DNA of 63,690 nucleotides, the filler included, from Octopus bimaculoides (lineage: Eukaryota), in the NCBI RefSeq assembly GCF_001194135.2. It is 5 parts of 4 records of this genome, joined end to end, with 100 filler letters (N's around TTAATTAATTAA, not from the genome) between each part and the next. Parts side by side here need not be neighbours in the genome. Positions count along the whole stretch, not along the records: positions 37,829 to 54,173 come from NC_068982.1; 4 more parts are not named here. One strand, written 5' to 3'. Made by a program: the position numbers and the translations under genes. Positions 39,189 to 51,141 of this stretch are shown here, piece by piece. Every line of letters starts with the position of its first letter. Positions within the stretch are counted from its first letter, which is position 1. Below the pieces are notes generated by a model. It had not been told where the DNA came from. It worked only from the letters and a program-made list of their open reading frames with translations, and ran no database searches.

Positions 39189-39709
39189 TATTATTATTAT
39201 ATACTAATAAGTTTAAATGTGTCAATCGTAAATCTCCAATATATATACATTTGAAGTGACAATTTTTTTTAAAAAAAGCTAATGATTGAAAGATGGTGAG
39301 CTAACCTGAGGCTGAATCGAACTCACAAATCGACGCTTACATGGCCCCTTACGAATCTGAACGGCGAAATGCTCATCCATCACTTTCATTTAAATTTAGT
39401 TAATATATACTTAAACTGACTTGCTACTGCATAAATAATTTTTTTATAAACAAACCCCAAAGGCTTTGCAAGTTACACATAGAAAGCTACTAAGCAAGAT
39501 TCATAGTATAACTGTATTATATATATATATAATAATATTAATTCTCCGATTTGAAGCGACAAATTTTAAATATAAACAAATGGGAGAATAAATATCATTA
39601 TGATATATATTATACCGTTATTATACAGTCAATATACTATGAGACTTCCATAGTAGCTTTCCCTTCGTAACTTGCAAATCTTGCAACGGGTTTGTTTGTA
39701 AAAATATTA

Positions 39710-39774
<65 letters not shown>

Positions 39775-39879
39775 TGGTTGTCTACTCCTTATATTTGACC
39801 ACCTCCTGTATGTACACCTTAACACCATCATGGCATGAGTTATGGCTTTTAAACCAATGTTCTGAAAAGACACCCACAT

Positions 39880-40170
39880 ACATTGCATATCCGATTTGGA
39901 CCACCAAGAGCATCAGATACTCGCTCCTGATTTCATAAATAACCGGAATCACATTTTATAAATATTATGCCTTTCGCTCTACGGAATCTGATATCCTATT
40001 TTTGATTGTTTTAATGTAATTATTTTACTGTCTTTGAAATAGCAGACCACTTGAGAAATGCTGTCTTATGAACTTGTTACCAAGATTATTCCTTTTGTAA
40101 ACATCAAATCTCCAATGAAATCTGAATTTATTAAGCTGTGAACCCGAAAAAGTTTGTTTTTTATTCAATA
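39880..40170 (-). mobile_element. Second GIY-YIG (Penelope-like) relic
   Basis: SQLNKFRFHWRFDVYKR...RQHFSSG resembles EQLNKRFNGHRFDVR...EHFGSSG of the 38596 ORF. Confidence 0.5.
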
Positions 40171-40362
40171 TGTCTTTTAGTAGTATCGTAAACAACTTTG
40201 CGTTATATGTATACATATAGATACATTCATACATGCAGTAATGGAATATATGTTTGTATGCATATAATACAATGTGTCAAATCAAATAATACTGCATATA
40301 TATATATCAAATATATACTAATAAATATAGACAAACAGTAAGGAATACGTATACTTTAGGCA

Positions 40363-40427
<65 letters not shown>

Positions 40428-41697
40428 TCCTGTATATATGTATATACGAAGATGTTTAGTACATATCATAGATGTAGTTGTGTGTATTCACATATAAAAG
40501 CGTTCACAGTGACACATATACATATATTACTATCTTGTTTATAACCAAATCACTTTTCGTATCGTTTCTTACAGCTATATATAAAATTCTTCTTTAATAA
40601 AAATGATTATCGTGTTTCTTTCTCTGTGAATACATCTCATTATAATGTCAAGGTAGAATATTTATTATTTATTCAATAATACTATTTTTCTCTAGCAATT
40701 TTATAAATGTATTCCTTGATGCATTTATGTATGTATCCTATATTTTCCGAATCTCGAAATGAAGTTTCAAAATCAAAGTAAAATATTTACAAAGTTTTAA
40801 AGCTGAATAAGGCTTTTCCATTATGATTACCGATCCTCCCATATCATTGTGAATAACTGCCCAGAGAAAAACAATATACATGTGCCAGCGTATGTGCGTG
40901 TATGTGTGTACCATGCATTCATACATACGTACGTGAGTATCTACAAACATATTTATATATACTTACGCTCAAGTCAAAATATATATAGAGAGAGCTAAAA
41001 CTAGAGTGGTAACGGAAGAAACGGCAATAAATGTGTGTATATATATATTATATATAGATATGTGTGTGTGTGTGTATAAACACACAAACACCATGCATAC
41101 ATACAAATATATATATCGATGTATATANNNNNNNNNNNNNNNNNNNNNNNNNNNNNNNNNNNNNNNNNNNNNNNNNNNNNNNNNNNNNNNNNNNNNNNNN
41201 NNNNNNNNNNNNNNNNNNNNNNNNNNNNNNNNNNNNNNNNNNNNNNNNNNNNNNNNNNNNNNNNNNNNNNNNNNNNNNNNNNNNNNNNNNNNNNNNNNNN
41301 NNNNNNNNNNNNNNNNNNNNNNNNNNNNNNNNNNNNNNNNNNNNNNNNNNNNNNNNNNNNNNNNNNNNNNNNNNNNNNNNNNNNNNNNNNNNNNNNNNNN
41401 NNNNNNNNNNNNNNNNNNNNNNNNNNNNNNNNNNNNNNNNNNNNNNNNNNNNNNNNNNNNNNNNNNNNNNNNNNNNNNNNNNNNNNNNNNNNNNNNNNNN
41501 NNNNNNNNNNNNNNNNNNNNNNNNNNNNNNNNNNNNNNNNNNNNNNNNNNNNNNNNNNNNNNNNNNNNNNNNNNNNNNNNNNNNNNNNNNNNNNNNNNNN
41601 NNNNNNNNNNNNNNNNNNNNNNNNNNNNNNNNNNNNNNNNNNNNNNNNNNNNNNNNNNNNNNNNNNNNNNNNNNNNNNNNNNNNNNNNNNNNNNNNN

Positions 41698-41728
<31 letters not shown>

Positions 41729-41740
41729 TATATATATATA

Positions 41741-41901
41741 CGACGGGCTTCTTTCAGTTACCGTGTACCAAATCCGGTCACAAGGATTTGGTCAGCCCGT
41801 GGCCATAGTAGAAGACACTTGCCCAAAGTGCCACGCAGTGGGATTGAACCTGGAACCATGTGGTTGGTAACCAAGCTACTTACCATACAGCCACTCCTGC
41901 A
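41741..41901 (-). mobile_element. SINE family A, 5' part
   Basis: Reverse head and core next to (CA)n and a gap. Confidence 0.85.
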
Positions 41902-42577
41902 TACATACGTACATATGTATATATCTATGTATATTTATATATATGTGTGCGTGATTTTTAGTGTGTGTTTGTTTGTCAGCTGGTGCGTTTTTGTGTGTGA
42001 AATGCTGGCTGTTCGTTGTTAGTGGATTGAATTAATATGCAAGGAACGAAATCATTAAAAGCTACTTTCAAACATAATATTCCTTCCAACTTGCGACTTA
42101 TTCACAGCCGAATGTTTCGAGTTAAGTGTTTCATACCTCTGTGCTGGTGGACAAAATGTTAGTACGATGTGTGCAGAAATTGTGTATTGTATGAGCGCAG
42201 GTGCTTGATCTTAGAGTTGGGTAAATCTTTTTACTTTCTCTCGGCAGTTGATGGATGAATTCTGTATTTTGTTATTGCTTATTTCGTTATTTCCTAATTA
42301 CTCAACATTCTTCTCTGTATCTGTCATCGTAAAAGAGAAAGCTTCATTGCTGTTTTTAGTGCATTTAGAACTGATTATAGCAATACGTATTTGAGTGGTT
42401 GTTTGATGAAATGAGACGATTTCTCGTAGCTTGTTGAACGTTTACGATTTGACACGGTTGACTGGACATTGGACCAGTTGTGGCGACGGTCTAACTTGTC
42501 ACATGTGGCAAATATGCACACGCGGATATCCCCATTAAGTTCCCACATACAGTTAAAGAGAATGGAAAGTGAGAGAA

Positions 42578-42613
<36 letters not shown>

Positions 42614-43563
42614 TGAGAGAGAGATGGTATACATATACAGAAACATAACTACATACTCATACATGCATAAACAGATAGAGTGTGGGGAGAGAGAGGGGTC
42701 GCGAGCAGAAGAGAAACATTAAAATGAGATAAATATTAAAACATCTAACATCAAATACGTTGGTGACTAATCAGCGACGCCAAGTTGGCGGTGAAAAAAT
42801 GGCTGTGCTCAAATGCGTCGCGTCTGATTATTAAAATCTTAGAGTATTGGGCTCGTTCCTGTAAAAAATGTTCCAAGGATTTACCTAAATGAACCAAATA
42901 CAATTGAACATTTGTTTCGCTTTTTGCGTCTATCCTCAGCTACATCATGAATATTGGGTAATGATCGCGAAGGCAAACAGCCAAAATGCCGTGCCTCCGA
43001 AGGATCTCAAGCCTAACGTTAATCGATAGAGTGTGTAGTTCGTATTGGTTTCGTATTGGTCGGTCATAGCTCCGTATGACTAACCTGTAGTTAGTATGCT
43101 GAAGCAAATCATCGCAAGAAAGATTCCTCAAGCCGACGCAAGCGGCAGAGCTAGGAATCGATCAAGTGAGATAGCAGAATTATATCTACAGTCTTAGTTG
43201 GTCACAGTTGGGGATCCAGCGGATAATTTTAATGACGGCAGCGTCAAATTGGACATATGGAGGAGGAGCCTGGGAATAGGAGTACAAACTCCTACAATCT
43301 TTTCAAGAATAGTAAGCAGTAAAAATTGATGGATGGGGTCATACGAAAATCAATTTCAATTGCCATATGATTAATCTAGATCCTTTACGTTTTCTCGCAA
43401 AAAATATATTAGACATGGATATATATTAGCTTTGATGGCTCGTGGTCCTTTGTTTCCTTCTTTCTTATGTGTACGCATGCGTAGACACATACAATAGAAA
43501 TACAAAATACAAAATGGCTGATAGTTAGCAAGGTGAGACACACATAAGAAAGAAGGAAACAAA

Positions 43564-43608
43564 GGACCACTGATGAGGTCACAGAAGTGTGACGAAAGAA
43601 CTCTGGCC
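43564..43608 (+). ncRNA. Minimal type I hammerhead ribozyme candidate
   Basis: GGACCA-CUGAUGA-G-GUCACA(GAAG)UGUGAC-GAAA-GAAC-UC-UGGCC: intact core, 6-bp stem II, short stems I and III. Confidence 0.7.
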
Positions 43609-44519
43609 GAAATAAGATTAAGATTAATGTAATATAAAGCTGAAGCAAATTAACACCACATATACAGTGCGTGTGTTTTTATTGGCTAAACTGGCAATAT
43701 GACCATCCCCAAGTACAACAACANNNNNNNNNNNNNNNNNNNNNNNNNNNNNNNNNNNNNNNNNNNNNNNNNNNNNNNNNNNNNNTATATATATGCGCAC
43801 ACATACTTATATCGGCATGCATTTATGCGTATATACAATACATACGTTTCTTGTTTGCAAAGCATATTATTTATGATATCTAAAGCTTTTATACCTAAAT
43901 TTCTGAGAAGATGAGATCTACATTTTTTAATATCTTCATCTAAAATTATTCACCACTCAATCCCGGAACTAATACATTAAAACAATAATCATACTCAGTT
44001 GCCCTTAAGACTGTTTAAAATTGATGTGTAAACTTTACCTACACCACCCGTTGCAATAGCACTGAATCCAATATTTTATGGCATATAAACGTCACTATGT
44101 AGAAATCTCTCTAAATAGAAAAGAGAAACATTTTTCTTTTCTTGAATAATCCATTAAATACGGTATGAGTAATATATATTAAACTGTATAAAATACATGA
44201 CAGAAATAATATTATTTTGCACGGCAGATATGCGTATCTTCAAAGGCGTATATATGCTTTAGTAATTGAAATTAAAGAACATTCTTCTCAGCATGTTGTG
44301 TCACACAGTTCGGAAAATGAGGAAATATTTTTACCAATATATTACAAAATATCGTTAACATTCTCGTGTTCTCTAACCACTCTGATGTATTTAATTTTGA
44401 CAGAGTCAGTTTGCATCGAACATACGTTTCTGTGCATGCGTTCGTGTGTGTATGATTGAAGGTTTTTACTCGTTTAAATCATCCAAATTTACTGGTACGC
44501 GCGAAGAAACTCAAACTAG

Positions 44520-44817
44520 CACTCTGCCGTTTCAGATGAGTAAAGTACCAGTTGATTCGATCAATGGAACAGTCTGCACCTGAAATTAACGAGCAAGTGG
44601 CTGTGCACTCCAGAGATACGCATAATCAAAACGTTTTGAGGGATATTCAGCGTGACACAGAATATGAGATGGCTAGTACCTAATTCCAGGTACTATTCAT
44701 TTTTGCCCGCCCAATAGACTGCAGCAACGTGAAAGGAAGTGTGTTGCACCGCCAAGGATCAATCTCACGACCTTATGATCATGAGCTTAAAACCCTAACC
44801 ACTAAGACACCAGCCTT
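44520..44817 (-). mobile_element. SINE family D (tRNA-like head, CORE-like centre)
   Basis: Reverse strand gtcttagtggttagggt...atgatcataaggtcgtgag...tttcacgttgctgcagtc shares its head with the 52772 element but has a different tail. Confidence 0.7.
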
Positions 44818-45987
44818 CAATATACATTCATATAAAGAGCAAAGAAAAACGCACACACATAGACATATATATAATTACGTGTATATATATAAATGCATAC
44901 ACACACATACACATACGCATTATATATGGATGTATTTCTTTCTGAACAGGAAGAATAAGATGATTGATCTTCCTTAAGTTGTCATAAAAGAAAACACATT
45001 TTGTTGTTGAGAACAGAAAATTGCCAGTGTGTATTTTGACACTTATTTTTTTATTTGTATTTCTCCTATTCTTCTAATTGCAGAGAGAAATCATAGATGG
45101 TAGATAAATGTTTGAGTGAATTGCGCATTTCTTTGCAATGTTTCACCGAACTTGCCAATATTCATATAAATACGTCTTTTAAAGTGACTTATTAGCATAT
45201 CACATGGGAAAACATAAATTTTGCTTATTTTCTTTCCAGCTTATTGACATATTCGGAAATGTCATTTGCAGTAACTAAACAGCATCTTTTCTCTCGAATA
45301 AATATTTTCTTTTGATCGTTTCCTTTTATTAGATGGCTCATATTTCCATTTTTGCGAATAAGAATTCTTCTGTTTTGTCTGATATAAATTCTACTGAGAA
45401 TTGAACTTGACTGTTCTGTCTATCAAAATCTATTATACACATTTTTAGTAGTAAAAGAAAGTTTGATTACTGTGGTTCTAATTAAATATTTAACCGATTG
45501 TGCGCTGCAGCGAAGGGCGGAGGTGACATAGGTTTTCAGAATTGTGATAAGCTGTCAAAAAGGTGCTTAAAAAAGAAAATATTTGAAGTTCTTTTTTGGA
45601 ACGGAAGAAAACGAAACAAGTGACTTTTCAGATAAACGTTAGCTTGTGTTTGAAGATTTTGTCAAATAATTAGTTGATTTAGGGAATTTGATCATAATAT
45701 TATGTATCTTGAAAAATTCATGCTGAAAATCTATGTAAGAGCATGTAAAACAGTTACACCTCTCGTAGTTTGTGAGTGGTTGTTTTGAGAATATTTTCTG
45801 GTGATATTCACAAAGGTAATTTCATATTCTGATATGAAATTAATATTAATTTCATGCAACTAGGGAGTGACAAAATGTGACAAAACTATTTGCAAGATAT
45901 TAATCTTGCAATCCGATAACGATGTGTTCAAATATCGTTTTGAGCAGGTGGGATATTTAATAAATAATCAAAGGAAATTGAATACAT

Positions 45988-46278
45988 AGGTGCAGGCGTG
46001 GCTGTGTGGTAAGTAGTTTTGTTACCAGCCACATGATTCCGGGTTCAGTCCCACTGAGGGGTTCCTTGTGCAAGTGTTTTCTACTACAGCCTCAGGCCAA
46101 TCAATGCCTTGTGAGTGGATTTGGGAGATGAAAACTGAAAGAAGCCCGTCGAATATAGCGGTTCGGCAAAAGAAACCGCTAGAATAAGTACTACTCTTAC
46201 AAAGAATAAGTTCTCGGGGCGATTTGTTCAACTAAAGGCGTTGCTCCATCATGGCCGCAGTCAAATGACAGAAACAAA
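45988..46278 (+). mobile_element. SINE family A lacking the internal microsatellite
   Basis: Core joined directly to tail (gaagcccgtcgaatatagcggttcggcaaaag). Confidence 0.85.
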
Positions 46279-46469
46279 TATATCTAGATATCATTTTCTT
46301 TATAATTTCTTCATTTTATATTGAAATTTTGTATTCCCGTCAAAAATTATGCTATAGTTAGGTCCACTGCAAAAATCAAAATTATAAATGTTATGTCTTG
46401 TATCAAATACAGAGCTATGCATTGTTACTGATATATAACGAATAGGTTACTCCTGATTGATAGGTTATT

Positions 46470-47624
46470 GGTCACATGTATTCTAGGCGAAAACATCCTG
46501 CCTTGAATACGTAACGTTAATAGGATCGGTGTGATTACCCTCATGTCTACAATTTTATTCCAATTGTTGTAAAATTTGGTGTATGGATTAAAATCTATAT
46601 ACTAATTATGAAAATAAAATTAATTTTCCCTATAAATTCATAATTAAAAAGTTATTAGCTATTAAAATTTGCAAAATATGAGTATTTTAGCCAATCAGAA
46701 ACGAGTATTTTACACGTCACCGTGAAGTCCTGTTAGCAAATTAAGCAATGAAGCACCACTTCTTCCATAGCTGATTGCGATGAACACTGTTTCGATAGTA
46801 ATGAAAGATGCTGCGGTTGCGCACAAGGAGTGAGACCACCAAATTGAGTGTAATCAACAAATTGAGAATACCTGGACATCTTTAAAGCGTGGAAAAAAAA
46901 CGCCGGTTCGAGACACACCGTTCAATTGTTGACACTTATCTTTGGGAATTTATTTGGAAGAAATATAACAAAGATAATTTATCCGATAAAATCCTAGAGT
47001 GTATTGCAAACATTAGTTCTTGAGTTTTTTTAAGTAATAGATATGCTTTAATCAATATTTTAACTGTAATTTCTAGCAACTCCTGTTGGTTTGCTCGTAG
47101 CTTTTAAATATTTAATTTTCTCGCGAAAGTTTTAGTGACTTTTCACTGTTTACTTTGCACGTGTATATTTTAATGTCTTGACAGTTATTTCTAGCTTCTC
47201 CTGCTGGTATGCTCGTAGCTTTTAAATATCTAATTTGCTCGCGAATCTTTTAATGTTTTTTCACTATTTACTTCAGCTAGTTTAATGCTTCTCGCTACGG
47301 CGAGAGATGATGGAAGAGGCACCAAACGCGTTGTTTCTGATTGGCTGAAAATTCTGAAAATTATCAAACTTTCAGCACCTATAACATTTTCGTAAAATTA
47401 TTCTAGCATAAATGAATAACAAATTAAAATTCAGCGTCAAGAATTACATCTATATGATACATTAAAATCTTTTTTAAGATTTCGACATGCAGTGACAATA
47501 ACCACAAAGATCCATATTTTCGATCAAATACAGAGTGATGTATTGTTCCTGATATATAACAACCAGGTTATTTCTGATTGAGTAGATTCATCGACGAATG
47601 TATTCCAACCGAAAATATCTGACC
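46470..47624 (+). mobile_element. Merlin/IS1595-like DNA transposon relic
   Basis: NQQIENTWTSLKR...IIWKKYNKDNLSDKILECIA (about 46850-47015) resembles the IS1595/Merlin transposase C-terminus; subterminal inverted motif gccaatcagaaac; weak GGTCA-starting termini; no target-site duplication found. Confidence 0.55.
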
Positions 47625-47714
47625 TTAACTACGTAACGTTTATACGTCCAAAGTTTGATTTAAGAGGAATGCGATTCTATTACACTGTCTAAATTCTACT
47701 TATTATAATATTGT

Positions 47715-47870
47715 TTAAGCGGCGAGGAACTCAAAGGCGGCGAGCTGGCCGTCCCGTTAGCACGCCGAGCGAAATGCTTAAGTACCGGTTGCGTACTGGG
47801 GTCTATCTAATCGATTGACCCTATTCCCCAAAATTTCGTTCCTTGTGCTTAGACTAGAAAAGAATATTGT
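47715..47870 (+). mobile_element. SINE family B with internal deletion
   Basis: ggcggcgagctggc...ttagcacgccgagcgaaatgctta joined to agtacc...ctggggtc and tail. Confidence 0.75.
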
Positions 47871-47879
47871 TTAAGGTGT

Positions 47880-48045
47880 ATTCTTTTATTCTTTTACTTG
47901 TTTCAGTCATTTGACAGCGGCCATGCTGGAGCACCGCCTTTAGTCATGCATATCGCCCCCAGGACATATTCTTTGCAAGCCTAGTACTTATTCTGTCGGT
48001 TCTCTTTTGCCGAACTGCTAAGGTAAGGGGACGTAAAAACACCAG
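47880..48045 (-). mobile_element. SINE family A, 3' part
   Basis: tttcagtcatttgacagcggccatgctggagcaccgcc...ctcttttgccgaac. Confidence 0.85.
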
Positions 48046-48450
48046 TTGGCTATGTGACACAAGCGTTCTGTGTACTGAAGTTTATAAACAAGGGAAATAA
48101 ACACCTCCACCCAGCAAAGCCAGCATCCACAGACTAGTTTCAGAGTCATTGCACTTCATCAGTCTGGAGTAACTTAGCTTGCTAGATACCGATGCTTATT
48201 CACCTCTGAAAGCTTATAGGATTTCAAATGAAATAAATTCACTGATCTACAAAATTAGCAATATTGCATTTCTAAATTTCTCAGGGAGACTTGTACAGTA
48301 GCAGCACAAAAAAGTGATGGTTTTGTTGCCAACTTAATTTGGCAGTCCCAGGAAAGAGAAGAGCACTACTGCTATTTAGCTCCAGGAAACACCGTTTCCA
48401 GTTGGCTATGTGACACAAGCGTTCTGTGTCCTTAAGTTTTCAAACAGGGG
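48042..48450. repeat. Direct repeat of about 53 bp, period 356 nt, bracketing the hammerhead
   Basis: ccagttggctatgtgacacaagcgttctgtgt is identical for 32 nt at 48042 and 48398. Confidence 0.9.
48126..48168 (-). ncRNA. Minimal type I hammerhead ribozyme candidate with palindromic stem III
   Basis: UCCAGA-CUGAUGA-AGUGCAAUGACUCU-GAAA-CUAG-UC-UGUGGA: intact core, ACUAGU palindrome, GUC cleavage triplet, 5 of 6 pairs in stem I. Confidence 0.72.
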
Positions 48451-50393
48451 TATGACCTCATTTCTATATATTTTTCCTACCTTAGAGTTTTTTCAGTTCC
48501 TCTGTACACTTGTTTTACTCTGCACATGACTAATTTTGACAATCTACAACCCACTTATCAAAACCAATGTTATTGAACATATTGAGTCCAAATTCCAGTT
48601 CCTCCTAACGTAATCGCCTGCTGACATTCGTTCACGCTGCATCGAAGAAACCAGAGAACAGAAGAAAAATAAGGAGAAAGAACAAACGCACTCGACACCA
48701 GAGCTGAAGACACCTCTGAAAGTGTTGTGTGCCCGGTCGAAAACAGTAGAGGTTAGGGCCCCAAACCGGACGTGGTTCCTACTGTTGATGTCTTTAACCA
48801 CTGGATCCTATAAAGGAGCTGTTTGAGGTAGCGAACCACGAAACGTGGTTGGAATTCCTAGCCCATTGTTGGCATGGTAACAGCATTGGAAACAATGATG
48901 TTCTAGTTTCTATGTACTGAGTTCAGTTCTTTAGGGGTCAACTTCAATCATCCTTATTTCAGACTTGGGAAAATGTACTGAGGCCGAAGCAATCGACTGA
49001 CTCCCAACGCTTAATTTATATATCAGTATCAAATTTTTTGAAAAAAAACATTGCGTTTTTCAACTCCTTTTAACAGTTTACGCACGCACACACATACACA
49101 CAGAAACGCATACACATTCACATACACTCGTATTCATACACACACACGCGTTTATCTTTGTAAGTGTGCGTGTGTGTATGTATAAGACGGTTGGAGTGTG
49201 TGATTATTGCACACAAGCAAATGTACCATAAAGCTAAACTTGCAAATAAAATACTTTTTTTGTATATTCGTCTAGTATTACACCACTAAATACATGTACA
49301 TATTATTGAATGTCTGAATAATTCAAATATTTATCACGAATATTTACAAACAGACGTCGGAATTGTAAATTTAAGCGAAATATATACTGTCAGGTGCATT
49401 ATTATTCGTTATCTTTTTTTCTCTCTTTGTAAAATTTCTACGCTTGTTTAATAATATATACATATTTTTGTTTTCCTATTAGCTTTGTTGTCAATATTTA
49501 ATATTGCATAAAAAAAAATTAAATATTTACCATGCGTCACTTTTAATCATACATTTCATTTAAAAGTAAGTGTAATGATTTTTAAAAATGTTTTATTCTC
49601 TATATTTCACATTTGTTTAATGAAGGCAACTTATTTAAGTTAAACTATTATGGTTTGAAAGCTGTCAATTCATATATTTTAAATATTTTATCTTCTTGAA
49701 CTGACTGATAATTGAACGTTTAACATATTGTAATGCTTCCATAAATATTACATATCGCCCTCGACACACATTATCAACATCACCCAAAACAGTAACACTT
49801 ATTCAACTAATGATAGAAAAAATAATACCGACAATGAACGCGTTTTCATATGCACGCCAATATAAATTTGCAACGAAAGGTATAACTAAGCAGTTGAACT
49901 TAACTTTAAATTAAAATTAGATAGGAAACGGCTTTGTAAAATTTAATAATCAAGAGTGACAAGTCTATATATTCCCGTGGCTTTAATCTCTATAGTTTGT
50001 GTTACTTGGTTAACATTTACGTTTATTATTACTGCGTTTAAATCTGATTTGTTCAAAATATTTTCAAACAGATCAAGCAATATATTCACCTCTGATAATG
50101 AAATATATCATTTATGTATGCCCAAGTTTGATCCAAGACCAGAATACCAACAGGGGGTGAGGTGATTTAATAACTGATTTACATATGTAAAGTGTAGCAA
50201 TTCATTATATCTTGAAATTCATTCGACTGATGCATATTGCAAAAGTAATTCAACAGCAGGTAACGTGTATTAATTTAAATATAGGCAAATGAATAGCATT
50301 AGGATTATATATGCGTGTGTGCGTGCGCGCCTATGTATATAGAGGGATTATATTTATATTTAACTTTATTTTATGAAGAGTAGTTCTCTCCAG

Positions 50394-50433
<40 letters not shown>

Positions 50434-50758
50434 TCTTGATTCATATTTCTTTTGATGTGGTTAACTTTTGGAATATTAATCTGATCTCATGAGTTGAATT
50501 GTAAACTGTTAAACATTTGCAATAATCTTCAAATTAACATGTGGACAAGATGGTGAAGGTGCAATGTTGTTAGAAAGTTGAATAAAATCCTGAATACTTT
50601 TCAGTCCAAACTCTCTGAGTTCAATTCCCACAGAGATCAGTCATGTTTATATTCCTTCCATTAAGGGCACGATAAATAAATTACTGGTGAATTACTGGAT
50701 TTGATTTATTTTGCTTGGATTATCTTTCGTTATTTCCGCCTATGTCTCTATCTTACAG

Positions 50759-50871
50759 ATTCGGTATTCGTACGCCACATGCTATAACGGTTTAGAAGTT
50801 TTGAATGGGTGAATAATGATCCGTCATATATAACAATTCGTATACTGTTGAAACCATTCATCTATGGAGAG
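50759..50871 (+). other. Possible non-coding or 5'-UTR exon
   Basis: Pyrimidine tract plus tacag acceptor, gag|gtacgt donor, stops in all three frames, ATG 8 nt before the donor. Confidence 0.25.
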
Positions 50872-51108
50872 GTACGTAGTACAGCAGGGACCTAAAGCAA
50901 AGATGTAAGTCATAAAATCATTCTGCTTCACTGACTTACCCTCTCTCCTTCACTATCAACTTATATAGTATGAAATGTGAATTATTTTATTGCCATTAAC
51001 ATACTTTTCACTTTTTAGACACTAACCTATATGTTAAAATGCAAAAAATGCTACTATTATATTTTGTCAGCTGTAACGGCACACACAACGATAGCGCTAC
51101 GCGTTGTA

Positions 51109-51141
<33 letters not shown>

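Noticed and set aside
12373-42022. Long ORFs of 200-370 aa in the ORF track
   Set aside because: They run through N gaps (X residues) and microsatellites and are not coding evidence.
48540-48900. Partly open reading frames after the hammerhead unit
   Set aside because: No recognisable motif, and stops occur in all frames.
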